The translations under genes were made by a program, and so were the position numbers. A DNA stretch of 63,843 nucleotides, filler included, from Chiloscyllium plagiosum (taxonomy: Eukaryota): the NCBI RefSeq assembly GCF_004010195.1. It is 4 parts of one record of this genome, joined end to end, with 100 filler letters (N's around TTAATTAATTAA, not from the genome) between each part and the next. Parts side by side here need not be neighbours in the genome. Positions count along the whole stretch, not along the records: positions 24,285 to 45,456 come from NC_057714.1; 3 more parts are not named here. One strand, given 5' to 3'. Each line of letters opens with the position of its first letter. Position 1 is the stretch's first letter. Positions 24,706 through 37,934 of this stretch are shown piece by piece. Under the pieces are notes generated by a model. The model was not told the origin of the DNA. It saw nothing but the letters and a program-made list of their open reading frames with translations, and searched no databases.

Positions 24706-27700
24706 TTACCTTCCATGCCTGTGGCACCTGGGTCTAGGCCTCTTGAAATGAATGCTAACATTGCATTTGCTTTCTTACTGCCAACTGAATCTGCATGTTA
24801 ACCATAAGTCAATCCTGAAATAGGACATCTGAATCCCCTTGTGCTTCAGATTTCCAAAGATCTTTCTTGTAGAAAAAATACTCCGTGCCACTATTCTACC
24901 TACCCAAAGTGCATCAGCTCAAACTTTGCCACACTGTATTCCATCTGCCACTTCTTTGCCCACTCTTCTGGCCTGTTCAAGACTTTCTGCAGCTCCGCTG
25001 TTCTCTCAACACTTCCTGTCCCTCCACCTATCTTTCTGCCTTCTGCAAACTTTGCAATAATACCCTCAGTTCTTTCATCCAGCCCATTAATGTATAATGT
25101 GAATATAGTCAGAGTTATACAGCACATAAACACAACCTGTGGTCCAACTCATTCAAGGTGACCAAGTTTCCCAAACTAAACAAGTCCCACTTGCCTGCAT
25201 TTGGCCTACATCCCTGTCACCTGTCTTAATATCTTTTAAATGTCTTAATTGTACCTGCATCTACCACTTCCTTTGACAGTTCATTCGACATATGAACCAC
25301 TCTCTCTTAGAAATATTTGCCCCTCAGATCCCTTTTAAATCTTTCTCCTCTCATTTTAAAAATATGCCCTCTATTTTGAATTCCCCCAGCCTAAAGACCT
25401 TTGCTATTCACCTTATCTGTGCTCCTCATGATTTCATAAACCTCTGTAAGGTTACCCCTCAACCTTCTACTTTTCAGTGAAAGAAGTCCCAGCCTATCCA
25501 GCCTCTCCTTATAATTCAAACCCTCCAGGCCCAGCAACACCTTTGTCAATCTTTGGTGAACCTTCTTCAGCTTAATAATATCCCTCCTATAGCAGGACAA
25601 TCAGAACTGTGTACTGTACTCCAAAAGTTGCCTCACCAATGTCCTGTGAAATCTCAACATGACATCCCGATACTCTATAGTCAGTGGTCTGGGCAATGAA
25701 GGCAAACATGCTAAACACTGTCTTAACCATTTTGTCTACCTCTGATGCAACTTTCAAAGAACTATGTACCTGAATCCCTCGGTCTCCCTGTTCAACAACA
25801 TTAAGTTGAATCAGGAGCTGAAATTGGCCCGTCGCAAAGATGTTACTACAGTTGTTATGGGGGATTTCAACATGCAGGTAGACTGGGAGAATCAGGATGG
25901 TATTGGACCTCAAGAAAGAGACTTTGTGGAGTATCTCCGAGATGGATTCTTAGAACAGCTGGTGCGAGAGCCTACCAGGGAGAAGGCAATTCTGGATCTG
26001 GTGTTGTGTAACAAACCAAAATTGATCAGGGACTTCGAAGTGAAGGAGCCATTGGGAAGTAGTGACCATAATACAATAAGCTTCAATCTGCAATTTGAGA
26101 GGGAGAGGGTACAATCGGAAGTGACAATATTTCTGTTGAATAAAGGGAACTATGGAGCTATGAGAGAGGAGCTGGCCAAAGTTCAATGGTGCAATACCTT
26201 AGCAGGGATGACAGTGGAGGAACAATGGTGGCTATTTCTGTGAAAAATGCAGAAGATGCAGGATCAGTTCATTCCAAAAAGGAAGAAAAAAAATGGTTAA
26301 GACTAAAATTGGGCCCTTGAAGACAGAAACAGGGGAATATATTATGGGGAACAAAGAAATGGCAGAAGAATTGAATTGGTACTTCAGATCTGTGTTCACT
26401 GGGGAAGACACAAGCAATCTCCCGGAGGTAACAGTGACTGAAGGACCTGAACTTAAGGGAATTTATATTTGCCAGGATTTGGTGTTGGAGAGACTGTTAG
26501 GTCTGAAGGTTAATAAGTCCCCGGGGCCTAATGGTCTACATCCCAGGGTACTGAAGGAGGTGGCTCGAGAAATCGTGGATGCGTTGGTGATTATTTTCCA
26601 GAATCCGATAGATTCGGGATCAGTTCCTGCGGATTGGAGGGTGGCTAATGTGGGAGCACTTTTTAAGAAAGGTGGGAGAGAGAAAGCAGGAAATTATAGA
26701 CCAGTTGGTCTGACTTCAGTGGTGAAAAAGATGCTGGAGTCTATTATAAAGGATGAAATTACGACACATCTGGATAGTAGTAACAGGATACGTCAGAGTC
26801 AACATGGATTTATGAAAGGCAAATCATGCTTGACTAATCTTCTGGAATTTTTTGAGGATGTAACTCTGAAGATGGATGAGGGAGATCCAGTAGATGTAGT
26901 GTACCTGGACTTTCAGAAAGCTTTTGATAAAGTCCCACATAGGAGGTTAGTGAGCACAATTAGGGCGCATGGTATTGGGGTCAAAGTACTAACTTGGATT
27001 GAAAGTTGGTTGGCTGATAGGAAACAAAGAGTAGTGATAAACGGCTCCATTTCGGAATGGCAGGCAGTGACCAGTGGGGTTATCGCAGGGATCAGTGCTG
27101 GGACCGCAGCTTTTTACAATATATATTAATGATATAGAAGATGGTATTAGTAAGAACATTTGCAAATTTGCTGATGATACTAAGCTGGATGGCAGGGTGA
27201 AATGTGAGGAGGATGTTAGGAGATTACAGGGTGACCTGGACAGGTTAGGTGAGTGGTTAGATGCAAGGCAGATGCAGTTTAATGTGGATAAATGTATGGT
27301 TATCCACTTTGGTGGCAAGAACAGGAAGGCAGATTACTACCTAAATGGAATCAATTTCGGTCAAGGGGCAGTACAGAGAGATCTGGGTGTTCTTGTACAA
27401 TGAAGGTAAGCATGCAGGTACAGCTGGTAGTGAAGAAGGCTAATAGCATGCTGTACTTCATGACAAGAGGAATTGAGTATAGAAGCAAAGAGGGTCTTCT
27501 GCAACTGTACAGGGTCCTGGTGAGACCACACCTGGAGTATTGTGTGCAGTTCTGGTCTCCAAATTTGAGGAAAGACATTCTGGCTATTGAGGGAGTGCAG
27601 CGTAGGTTCACGAGGTCAATTCCTGAAATGGCGGGACTACCTTACCCTGAAAAACTGGAGCGACTGGGCTTGTATATCCTTGAGATTAGAAGACTGAGGG

Positions 27701-29260
27701 GGGGATCTGATTGAGACATATAAGATTATTAAAGGATTGGACACTCTGGAGGCAGGAAACATGTTTCCGCTGATGGGTGAATGCCGAACCAGAGGACACA
27801 GCTTACAAATACGGGGTAGACCATTTAGGACAGAGATGAGGAGAAACTTCTTCACCCAGAGAGTGGTGGCTGTGTGGAATGCTTTGCCCCAGAGGGCAGT
27901 AGAGGCCCAGTCTCTGGTTTCATTTAAGAAAGAGTTGGATAAAGGTCTCTAGGATAGTGGAATCAAGGGTTATGGATTAAGGCAGGAACAGGATACTGAT
28001 TAAGGATGATCAGCCATGATCATATTGAATGGTGGTGCAGGCTCGAAGGGCAGAATGGCCTACTCCTGCACCTATTGTCTATTGTCTACTGAGGGCTCAA
28101 CCATTAACTGTATTAGTCCTGCCCTTGTTTATTCTACCGAAATGCAATATCTCACATTTATCAAAATTAAACTCCTCAGCCCATTGGCCCAGATGATCAA
28201 ATTCTCTTGGTAATCTTAGATAACCTTTTTCACTGTCAACTATACCACTAATTCTGGTGCCATCTGCAAATGTACTAACCATGCCTCCTAAATTCTCATG
28301 TGGTCCCAACAGTGAAACCTGCAGAGCTCCACTAGTCACTGGCTACCATCCTGTAAAAGACCCATTTATCCTAACTCTCTATCTTCTGCCAGTCCGCCAA
28401 CCCTCTATCAACACCAGTACCTTGCCCCTAACAGCATGGGATCATACCTTATTTGTGATGTGAAGGTGCCACTGTTGAACTGGGGTAGACAAGGTCAGAA
28501 GTCACCAGGTTATAATCCAGCAAGTTTATTTGAAATCACAAGCTTTCTGAGCTCTAACCATTTATCAGATGAAGTACACAGGCACAGAATTTATAGGCGG
28601 AGAGATCAAAAGACCATACAAATGGTGTGAGTGGTGTGTCGACAAGCTGAATAACAAATCTTTGCAGGTGATCAAAAGTGTCAGATGGTGTCAGTAATTT
28701 GTCAGCAGCCAAATAGCAAGTGAAGGGATGGCCTGTGATCCCATTAACTGAAGCGGAGAGAACTCTAGGGTATAGTTCATCTGGTCTGGATGATTTATCC
28801 ACCTTCAGACCTTCCAGCTTCCCCAGCATCTTCTCCTTAGTGATGACCACAACACTCACGTCCATCCCCTGACTGTCTTGAAGTTCTGGTTGGCTGCTGG
28901 TGCCATCCACTGTGAAAACTGATGCAAAGTACTTATGCAGTTCCCCACAATTTCTTTGTGCCCCATTATTGCTTCTCCAGCCTCATTTTCCAGTGGCCCA
29001 GTATTCACTCTTGCCTCTCTCTTACTTTGTTATATATCTTAAAAGTCTTGCTTTTTTTTAGATTACTAGCTAGCTTACCCTCAAATTTCATTTTCTCCCA
29101 CCTTATTGCTTTTTTAGTTATCCTCTGTTGATTTTTAAATGCTTCCCAATCCTCTGACCTCTCACTAATCTTAAACACTCTGTATGCTTTTATGCTGTCT
29201 CTCACTTCCCTTCCCATGGTACGTTTCTTTCTCCTTGGGATGAATTTCTGCTGTGCCTCC
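24705..29260 (-). mobile_element. Older minus-strand CR1 copies split by nested insertions
   Basis: Minus-strand RT fragments (IAKFAEGRKIGG, VSTFADGTRISG, LKVDKSSRPDELYPRVL) on both sides of 25800-28088. Confidence 0.85.
25800..28088 (+). pseudogene. Relatively young CR1 LINE, ORF2 (endonuclease and RT), frameshifted with an internal deletion near 26290
   Basis: VVMGDFN, GSSDHN, KSPGPNGLHPRVLKE, YLDFQKAFDKVPH, QGSVLGP, KFADDTK; (CTATTGT)n tail. Confidence 0.97.
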
Positions 29261-29394
29261 CAAATTCCTGCCAGACATAGGCCACATGTTCCTGAAGGAT
29301 ATTAGTGAACCAGACAGGCTTTTTTTTAAAATGACAACTAGTGATTATTTCCCCAGTCATCATTACAATAACTAGCTTTCAATTTTATCATAGA

Positions 29395-29636
29395 ATAGAA
29401 TATTTACAGGCTCTTCAGCCCATTGAGTACACACAGACCCATCCATCCCCACAACCCCACATTTCCCAAGGCCAATTCACATTGCCTCCACATCTTTGGA
29501 CTGTGGGAGGAAAACAGGGCACCATACAGCCAATGGGTGAACATGCAGACTCCATGCAGTCACCCAAGACCAGAATCGAACCTGAGTCCCTGACACTGTG
29601 GGGCAGCAGTGCTAAGCCATTGTGCCACCATGCCAT
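29395..29636 (-). mobile_element. HE1-like SINE (degenerate)
   Basis: Reverse-complement HE1 head and core. Confidence 0.8.
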
Positions 29637-30763
29637 TCCTTTCATTCCAGATTTTCTTCTTGCTAAGATTCCGAGGTTCTATTCCTAGTCAAATACAGCC
29701 TCACTGCTGTTAGCTTAATCCAACTCTATAACGGTTTTAAGTTTTTGTCGTTGTTCCAAGAACATGGTTTCCTTTCTAAGATCTTTAAGGAGGACAGGTT
29801 TCTGGGTGTCTGCTGTGTGTATAGAAATATAAAATGTCCAAAAAAACCATCTGAATTTTTGTCCTTGCTGTTTCTGCTGCAGTGCAACACTTGGCAGTTT
29901 AAGTTTAGTGTCAAAAGTCTCTCCCTCAGATCAATCCACGAGAAACAATTTTAACAAACGTGCATAATTTTGCATGTGCTTGGTTGACAGTTTAACTTCT
30001 GTTTTTTTCTATTTAAAGGATAGCCTCAAAAATGAAATGAAGAAATTATTCACAGCAAAATACCATTAAGGCTTGAGTAATACAAACTTTACTGTCATAT
30101 TCAGTCTGTCAAGCAATTTAGCTAATTTATATTCTAGCTACCTATTTATCCCAAAGCTTTATCAGATGAATCACCATGGGTTCCCATCTCACGGTTCAAT
30201 TTAAGTATTTAATCAGTCTTTCGCCTGTACATCCGATGCATTTTAAACAAAATTGTCACTTCAGAAAGTCATAGGTGACCATTTTTTGCAATCAAGATTT
30301 TGTCTATTTAAGTCTAATCCTGTATTTAAGCAGTAAATTGCTGCCTATAAATGCACAGTTTTAATAAGCTTGTGGCCAATTCTACTACATTGGATTTTTT
30401 TTAACTTTACTCAAGATCAAAGTAAAACCAGGGCTGCCTTTTACATTTCATTCATGATTTGTGCCTTAAAGGTGAACCAGACTTCCAATTGAGAAACAAC
30501 ATTATGTTTCAAGGTTTTATTGTTTGCCTGGAGTTTTTTTATTGCACGTTGCCAGACAATGGTGACTTTAGTGTTTCAAGGATTATTGAACTGTATAGTC
30601 CATTCTTCTGAGGTCACTTGTCTTATTGAGAATGGTGTGGTTCATGTTGCACAATTATTGCTTTCTTTGAGGTTAGCTTTTTTTCACTGACTGTAAAATC
30701 CAAGCTGAAGGATTTATGTTCCTTTGTAACTCTTCGTGGGATGCAGAAATAGAGCACTCCAAG

Positions 30764-31261
30764 GTGGGATTCGGTTAGCTCAGTTGGCGGGATAGCTGGC
30801 TTGCAATACAGCATGATACTAAGGGTGACACGGTGGCTCAGTGGTTAGCACTGCTGCCTCACAGTGCCAGGGACCGAGGTTTGATTCCCGCCTCAGGCAA
30901 CTGTCTGTGTGGAGTTTGCACATTCTCCCTGTGTCTGTGTGGGTTTCCTCTGGGTGCTCCTGTTTCTCCCACAATCCAATGATGTGCAAGTCAGGTGAAT
31001 TGGTCATGCTAAATTGCCCATAGTGTTAGGTGCATTAGTTAGGGGTAGGGGAATGGGCCTGGGTGAGTTACTCCTTGGAGGGTCAGTGTGGACTTGTTGA
31101 GCCAAAGGGCCTGTTTCCAGACAGTAGGGAATCTAATTTAATCTAATCCAACAGCATGTGTTCCATTTCCACTCTGGCTGAAGTTACCATGAATGATTCT
31201 CATTCTCAATCTTTCCCCTTCTCTAGGGCATGATGACCCTCAGGTTAAACTCACCACCAGT

Positions 31262-31299
<38 letters not shown>

Positions 31300-31345
31300 A
31301 ATGAGAGAGCAGACCTATGATCCATTAGGACTACGGTCACCAGTG
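30764..31345 (+). mobile_element. tRNA-derived SINE family 3, interrupted by an HE1-like SINE and containing (TC)n
   Basis: Head GGTTAGCTCAGTTGG; body resumes at ~31149 with CAACAGCATGTG...CCTCAGGTTAAACTCACCACCAG. Confidence 0.7.
30823..31146 (+). mobile_element. HE1-like SINE, full length
   Basis: A box TGGCTCAGTGG, B box GGTTTGATTCC, V-domain core, (AATCT)n tail. Confidence 0.92.
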
Positions 31346-31879
31346 CAAGTTGAATGTCAGCCTGGTTTCTCATACTTGACCATTGTACAGCTACCTTTCC
31401 AGCAAACATGTTTTTACAGATGTATTGGAAGTTTTGTATCAAGCCATATAGAGTGGTGGAACAGTATGATAACAATCATGTTCCTTGCTTGTGGACAATG
31501 AATGATGAACTTATGGATAAGGCAATGGAGATGGACACTTGTGGATGTGTACCTGATATTAATCACTATCTTCAAGACTCTTCTGATGTTACCGGACTTG
31601 AAATGTTAACTCCGCTTTCTTCCCACAGATGTTTCCAGAATTTTGCCAGCGATTTCTGTTTTTGTTTTGGGTATCCAGCAGTCACAATTCTTTGTTTTGT
31701 TTCAGGGAGTCAGACCAGAGGAGAAACCAGCAGATCCTCAGCCGCCAAATAAACTCTTTCTCAGTTCTCCACAATAAACCACTTTAAACCTGAGAAAATC
31801 CATTTATCTTTCCTTCAACAAACACTGGAAGCTGAGACCTTTCATAAATTATACACCTACCCTGTGCTCTTTGCAAACC

Positions 31880-32072
31880 AGTGGTAAAAGTCAGAAGTCA
31901 CATGACACTAGGTTATAGTCCAACAGCTGGATTTGAAATCACAAGCTTGTGGAGCACTGCTCCTTCATCAGCCCTCATCTGATGAAGGAGCAGCACTTCA
32001 GAACCTTATGATTTCAAATCAACCTGGTGTCATGTGACTTCTGACTTTGTCCATCCCTGGCACCTCCACATT
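31880..32072. mobile_element. Inverted pair of Penelope-terminus fragments (GGAGC hammerhead family)
   Basis: TGCTCCTTCATCAG / CTGATGAAGGAGCA mirror at ~31958-31992; flanks AAAGTCAGAAGTCAC / GTGACTTCTGACTTT. Confidence 0.8.
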
Positions 32073-33454
32073 CGAACTAGTGGAAATAATTGGAAAAAGG
32101 TGAGTCCAGGAGGAACCTTCAGATGTTGTGAACAAAGATCAGGTTGCTGTTTTCTCTTGAGCCACGTGTTTTTTTCTCTCTGGTAATCTGAATGTGCACA
32201 TGTGTCAGAGGGAGTTTGTAAGACTATCTCCCCACCACTTCTGTGGGAAGGTTTCTCATCCACGTTTCAACTTGACAATGAGGTTTGGGAGCTTTATACC
32301 CTCAAACAATGTCTTTTTTCTTTAAAACATGTCCATGCTTAATTCTTTGTATTGGAATTGAGAAGACATTTCGGATTAGGTAATCAGTATTGATCCAAGT
32401 GCATCAGCACAAAACAAAGTGGAGAGCCCACGATAACCAGACATGTGTAAACTACCAACCCAAAGGACCAAGTTAATAATCTGCAGAGCAGAGATTCATC
32501 AGCTGAAACTTAGATTCTACTGGCAAAGTAATTCAATTAATAAATCAAAGAAATTGGAATGAAAACTAGCCATATGAATTACAAATAGTTCACTTGGTTC
32601 CCCTGTGCCTGTTTCACCATTCTATAAGATTATGGCTGCATTTTGAATTCCAATGGCAATCTACTTTTGATTCTACTGCATAACAAGAATCTATCCAATT
32701 CTGCCTTAGAAATATTTGCCTCTCCCGGCCCAAAGAATTCCCAAGTCCCCAAAAGAAAAGAATGTCTCCTTACGTCAGTCCTTAAATGGGTGACCTCTAA
32801 AATTTTAAGACAGTGCCATCTACTTCTGGACTGACAGTCAAGAGGACACATCCTTTCAGCATCCACCTGGTCAAGACCATTTTATACACTTCAATCAAAT
32901 TATCCCTCTCTCTTCTAACCTCCAGCGGAACCAAGCCCAGTCTGTCTAATCATTCCTCATAAGAAACCCCATTCCAGGTACCAATATAGTAAAACTTCTG
33001 TGAACTGTCTACAGTGTATTTACGTCCTTCCTTAAATAAGTAGACCAAACTGCACACAGTATCCATGATGTGGTCTCATCAATGCTTTTTTAACTGAAGC
33101 ATGACATCCTTATTTTTGTGTTCAATTCCTCTCAGAAAAAAGGATAGCGTTAGTCTTTTGATTACATATGTATCTGCATACTAACTTTTTGTGTCTTCTG
33201 TATAACAACACCTAGACCCCTCTGCACCTTAAAATTCCACAATTGTGCTCTGTTTAAATAATATTCTACTTTAATGTTCTTCTTGTAAATGCGAACAAAT
33301 TTGATATTTTCCCACAATAAACTTCATCTGTCAGATATTTGCCTACTCAACTTGTTATTTTCATTTGCAAACATCTTATTTCTTCTTCACAACACACCTT
33401 TCTACCTACACTGGTGTCATCTGCAATTTTAGCCACAATGCCTTAATTTCCATA

Positions 33455-33686
33455 ATAGATTAGATTACTTACAGTGTGAAAACAGGCCCTTCGGCCCAAC
33501 GAGTCCACACCGACCCGCCGTGCCATTCACCTAACCTGCACATTTTTTGGATTGTGGGAGGAAACCGGAGCACCCGGAGGAAACCCACGCAGACACGGGG
33601 AGAATGTGCAAACTCCACACAGTCGCCTGAGGCGGGAATTGAACCCAGGTCTTTGGCACTGTGAGATGGTTAACAGTGCTAACCAT
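33455..33686 (-). mobile_element. HE1-like SINE
   Basis: GGAAACCCACGCAGACACGGGGAGAATGTGCAAACTCCACACAG; high CpG retention suggests a young copy. Confidence 0.92.
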
Positions 33687-33788
33687 CTAGATCATCAGTG
33701 GGAAGTGTAAAAAGCTGAGGCCCCAGTGCAGATCGCTTTGATCTCTACTTGTCACATCCTGCCAATCAGGAAAAAAAAACACTTATAT

Positions 33789-34100
33789 GGTGGCACAGTG
33801 ATTAGCACTGCTGCCTCACAGCACCAGACACCTGGGTTCAATTCCCACCTCAGGTGATTGTCTGTGTGGAGTTTGCACATTCTCCCCGTGTCTGCGTGGG
33901 TTTCCTCTGGGTGCTCCAGTTTCCTCCCACAGTCCAAAAACGTGCAGGGGTAAATGTAGGTGAATTGGCCGTGCTAAATTGCCCATAGAGATAGGTGCAG
34001 GGGTAAATGTAGGGGAATGGGTCTGGGTGGGTTGCGCTTCGGTGGGTCGGTGTGGACTTGTTGGGCTGAAGGGCCTGTTTCCAAACTGTAAGTAAATCTA
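33789..34100 (+). mobile_element. HE1-like SINE
   Basis: B box GGTTCAATTCC, core and tail. Confidence 0.92.
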
Positions 34101-35109
34101 AAAAAATTCTCTGTGTTCTGCCAGCCAGCTAATCTTCTATCCATACTCACATGTCACTCCCCACATCATGAACTTCCATTTTCTGAACAACCTATAGACA
34201 CAAGTACCTTCTGGAAATCCAAGTATAGTAAGCTCAATTTATTCACAGTGCATGTTACACCTTCAAAGAACAGCAATACATTGATTACACAGGATTTGTC
34301 TTTTGCAAAACCATGCCGGCTATTACCAACTACCTTGGAGTTTTTAAAATGTTTGGAGCTATATCTCTTTAATGATTGAATCTAATGTTTTCCCCATGAC
34401 AGATGTCCAGCTAGCTTGCCTATAGCTACCTATTTTCTGTCTGATGCCTGGCTTGAATAGAGGGCTATATTTACTACTTTCCAGTCTGGTGGAAATGAAT
34501 CCAGTCTGAATCCAGGGAATTTTGGAAATTTAACACCACTGAATCTACAATATCACTAGCAACATCTCTTAAGCCCCAATGGTGAAGTCTATCTGGACCT
34601 GGGGTCTTGCTAACCCATAGCTCCATCAGTTTTCTCAGTTCCACAGCTTTCATGATTATAATTTCATTAAGCTCCTATTTCCCTCCACCTCCTGTTTACA
34701 GCTGTGCCTGGAATTATTTTGTATCCTCTGTAATAAAGACAGAAGCAATTTATTCATTTCATCTGCTATTATTATCAACTAATAACTCCTCATGCTAACT
34801 CACTAGAGGAACAACACTCACTTTATTTGTGTCTTCCCTCTTCTGTGACTACAGTAGAGGAAGAAGGTTGTGAGGGCCTACTGCAGCAATAGCAGTGCGG
34901 TGGATCCTGATGTTCATTCCTTGTGGCCATGATGGTCATAGCTTTATCTAAGGCTTCGTCATTGGCGGGTCTTTTAAATATAGATGCATTTGCTAACCAT
35001 ATTTAAACTCTTAGCTAGCTAGTCTAAATTCTTACTTCTGATTAATCCTTTAGTTCTTCCCTGTCAATTCTTTATTTTCACATGAATCATTTGATCGGCA
35101 ATTCTTCGT

Positions 35110-35823
35110 CATTTAAGATGGTGGTGACAGCAGCGTGGGAAGTGTTTGGGCTCTGTGTCTATATGCTCCTGCTCGCCTGGCTGGACGCATTCTTCTTTTT
35201 TCTTTCTCTTTTTGTTTTGTTTCTCCAATTCTCTTTTATTTCAATGTTCGCCATCTTTTCTAGGATCACTGCAGGGGAAGATTGTTGTGAGGGCTTACTG
35301 TGGCGGTGGCAGTGCAGTGGATCTGGATGTTCAGTGCTCGTGGCAAAACTGGCCGTGATTTTATCAAAGGCTTCGCCATCGGTGGGTCTGGTCAGTCCCT
35401 CCTGGCAGCAATGCAGCGGTTTCAGCTGTGGCTATAGCAGTGGCAGCATGTTGGGTCTGGTGTGTTCCCCGTGGTTATGATGACAGTGCAGGAACTAACG
35501 GCTTCAGCATCAGTGACTTGTGGATCTGGTCTCTTCCCTCCTTACCATGGTAGTGATGCACTGGCTTCGGTGTCAGGTTCGGCGGTGGCAGTTTGGTGGA
35601 TCCGGTCTAGAAATCCTCACTTTGGGGGCCTCCTGGGCAGCATTCTGTGGCCAATCCAGAAATCCAGGTGGTGTGGAGGGAACAAAAGATGAACCTCATC
35701 CTAACTTTGTCTCAATTAGTTCTTTTTATAATTGCTGTTTCATTAAAATGGGACCAAATTGTGGCAACTTATACACATCTCACTGCATTTTCGTAAATAC
35801 AAGTGACAATAAATTGCTATTCT
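35110..35823 (+). mobile_element. Probable non-autonomous Rex1-tailed element
   Basis: Starts AAGATGGTGG, GC-rich body, ends CACTG...GTGACAATAAA like the Rex1 tail at ~4890-4925. Confidence 0.45.
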
Positions 35824-37149
35824 GAGGAATGGTTGCTGGAGCTGAAACGTTAATTGTGATTTCTCTTCACAGGTGCTGCCAGACCCGCTCAGCTTTTCTA
35901 GCAACCTCTGTTTTTGCTCCTGACTTACAGTATCCGCAGTTATTTCAGCTTTGAAAATAAATTGCTATTCTAATAATCTTGCAGTTGTATGCTTTTTTTC
36001 TTAAATTTGATATTTTCCCTAAACTCATTTGTCAATAAAAGATAATGGATCTTCCCTTTAAAATTTAATATTTTGTAGGAATATATTTATTCTGAGTACT
36101 CTGAAGTATCACCATAAAAATCAGCCACCTTGGTCTCTACTGAGCTATCCCTTTGCCTAGTAATCCAGTTCACTGCAGTCAATTCAGCTTTCGTGTCTGT
36201 ATAGTTACACTTGTTTAGGTTTAAAATGGGAGTCTTAGATCACATCTTCTTCCTTCAAACTGGATGTAATGGTAAGCAGTAAACTATCGTGGATTGTTGT
36301 ACAAACTGATCTGATTCACATATGTCGTGTAGGGAAGGGAAATAGCTGTCATGTGACTCCAAACTCACAGCAATGTGGTTGACTCTTAACTGCCCTCAGA
36401 GAGCATCTCGAGAATGGCAACAAATGCTGACTTTGCGAGCAGTAGCCATATCCCATGGAAGAATAAGATTTTTACAAATGTACACTGTTATAGTGGAAAC
36501 TAAAACTTGTGTATGGTGTTTTTCTAAAGAAAACAAAATGCAGCAATATTTTACAAGGATTGCAGTTTTTCATAACCACTCTTTTATTTGCTGCCAATTG
36601 GGTTACAAGTGGATAAATGAAACTCAAAGACAATAAATCTATGTGAACAATTATGAGACTACATTTGTGAGACCAGAAGAGGGGTGCTTGGAAATATCAT
36701 ATAAATGTCAGACCAAAGCTTGAACAAATCCATTTACATTCCAAGATCAGATCAAAGCCATTGAAATCACCCATTGCTGTTCGGTTAGAAAGTAGACGAT
36801 TAACCTTTTGTCACTTGGACATAAATCCAGATGAGGTGACGGATGAAGTGTTCTGATGACAAGCTGAGTAATCTAATAAAATAAATGCACGCATGCTTCA
36901 TCCAGCTCCAAATGTAAGTTTCTCCAAATGTGCAGACTGTGGTAGTTCACTTATCAGGGGTGCAGATATACTGGGGCAAGTTTTGACAGCTCCTTCAGCC
37001 TACCATGAGACCAAGATGGGATGTGGAGCTGAAATTGTGGTCTAACCTGCATCTGTAGTGAAGTCAACAACTTAGTAAAGGAGTTGAATGCTGGGTTGGG
37101 AATGAATGTGAAGGGGCTAAATGCCACTGAAAGTGGCTTATAGCAATCA

Positions 37150-37403
37150 ATGATGTGGAGGCCCTGGTGTTGGACTGGGGTGGACAAAGTCAGAAATCAC
37201 ACAACACAAGGTTATTAGTGAATGGATTTATTTGACATCACAAGCTTTCAGAGCGCTACTCATTCGTCAGGTGAAGTTCTTCTGACTTTGTCCACCCCAG
37301 TCCAACACCGGCACCTCCACGTCACCTGACAAAGGAGCAGTGCTCTGAAAGCTGTGATTTCAAATCAACCTGCTGGATTATAACCTACTGATTTCTGACT
37401 TTG
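37150..37403. mobile_element. Inverted pair of Penelope-terminus fragments (GGAGC hammerhead family)
   Basis: TGTTGGACTGGGGTGGACAAAGTCAGAA and its exact reverse complement; hammerhead-like motifs on both strands. Confidence 0.85.
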
Positions 37404-37934
37404 TAGTGTTCAATGACATGGTTGTGAAGAAGTTTAGGTGGCATGAGCTTGATTGAATGTTCTCTCCCAATAGTGACCAGCTGATTGGGAGCAAATAAGT
37501 TGTTGCAGAGGATTTGGCATTGTACTAAAAGATGTATCACATTTCATTGTTCACTTGCTGCTGGGAATCTTTTGAAATACACCAGAAGACTCTCTACCAG
37601 GATTTCATATTTGTTTCCGAAACCCTAGGAGCACTTTACCTAAAACTAACAAATGGCAGGCTACTCCAATAGGCCAACCTATTGGAACCACCATGAAAAT
37701 GACGGTTGGTTGAACTTGGCCATGCTTTCAGGGGTCGAAGAGTGTAGTGTTGGAAAAGCACGGCCAGTCAGGCAGAATCCAAGGAGCAGGAGAATTGATG
37801 ATTTGGGCATAAGCCCTTCAGCAGGAAGCCCTTCATCATGCTTTGAGGGGTATCGGTCTGAAAGGTGAGTAAGAAATGGATATTGGTGAAAGAAAACAGG
37901 ACAAACAGCTGTGAGAGAATGATGAGAAATTCAT

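Larger units (their letters stand above)
32580..36270 (-). mobile_element. Long, old CR1 LINE with multiple nested insertions
   Basis: Minus-strand CR1 order from 3' tail (32580) through RT to the endonuclease region (~36250). Confidence 0.75.

Noticed and set aside
25800..28088. Active autonomous CR1
   Set aside because: 5'-truncated, with stops, frameshifts and an internal deletion
30823..30895. tRNA genes at SINE heads
   Set aside because: A/B boxes run into SINE bodies; no complete cloverleaf or terminator seen
35082..35480. Hydrophobic 132-aa membrane-protein ORF
   Set aside because: Hydrophobicity comes from a T-rich tract within a probable repeat; no splice or family support
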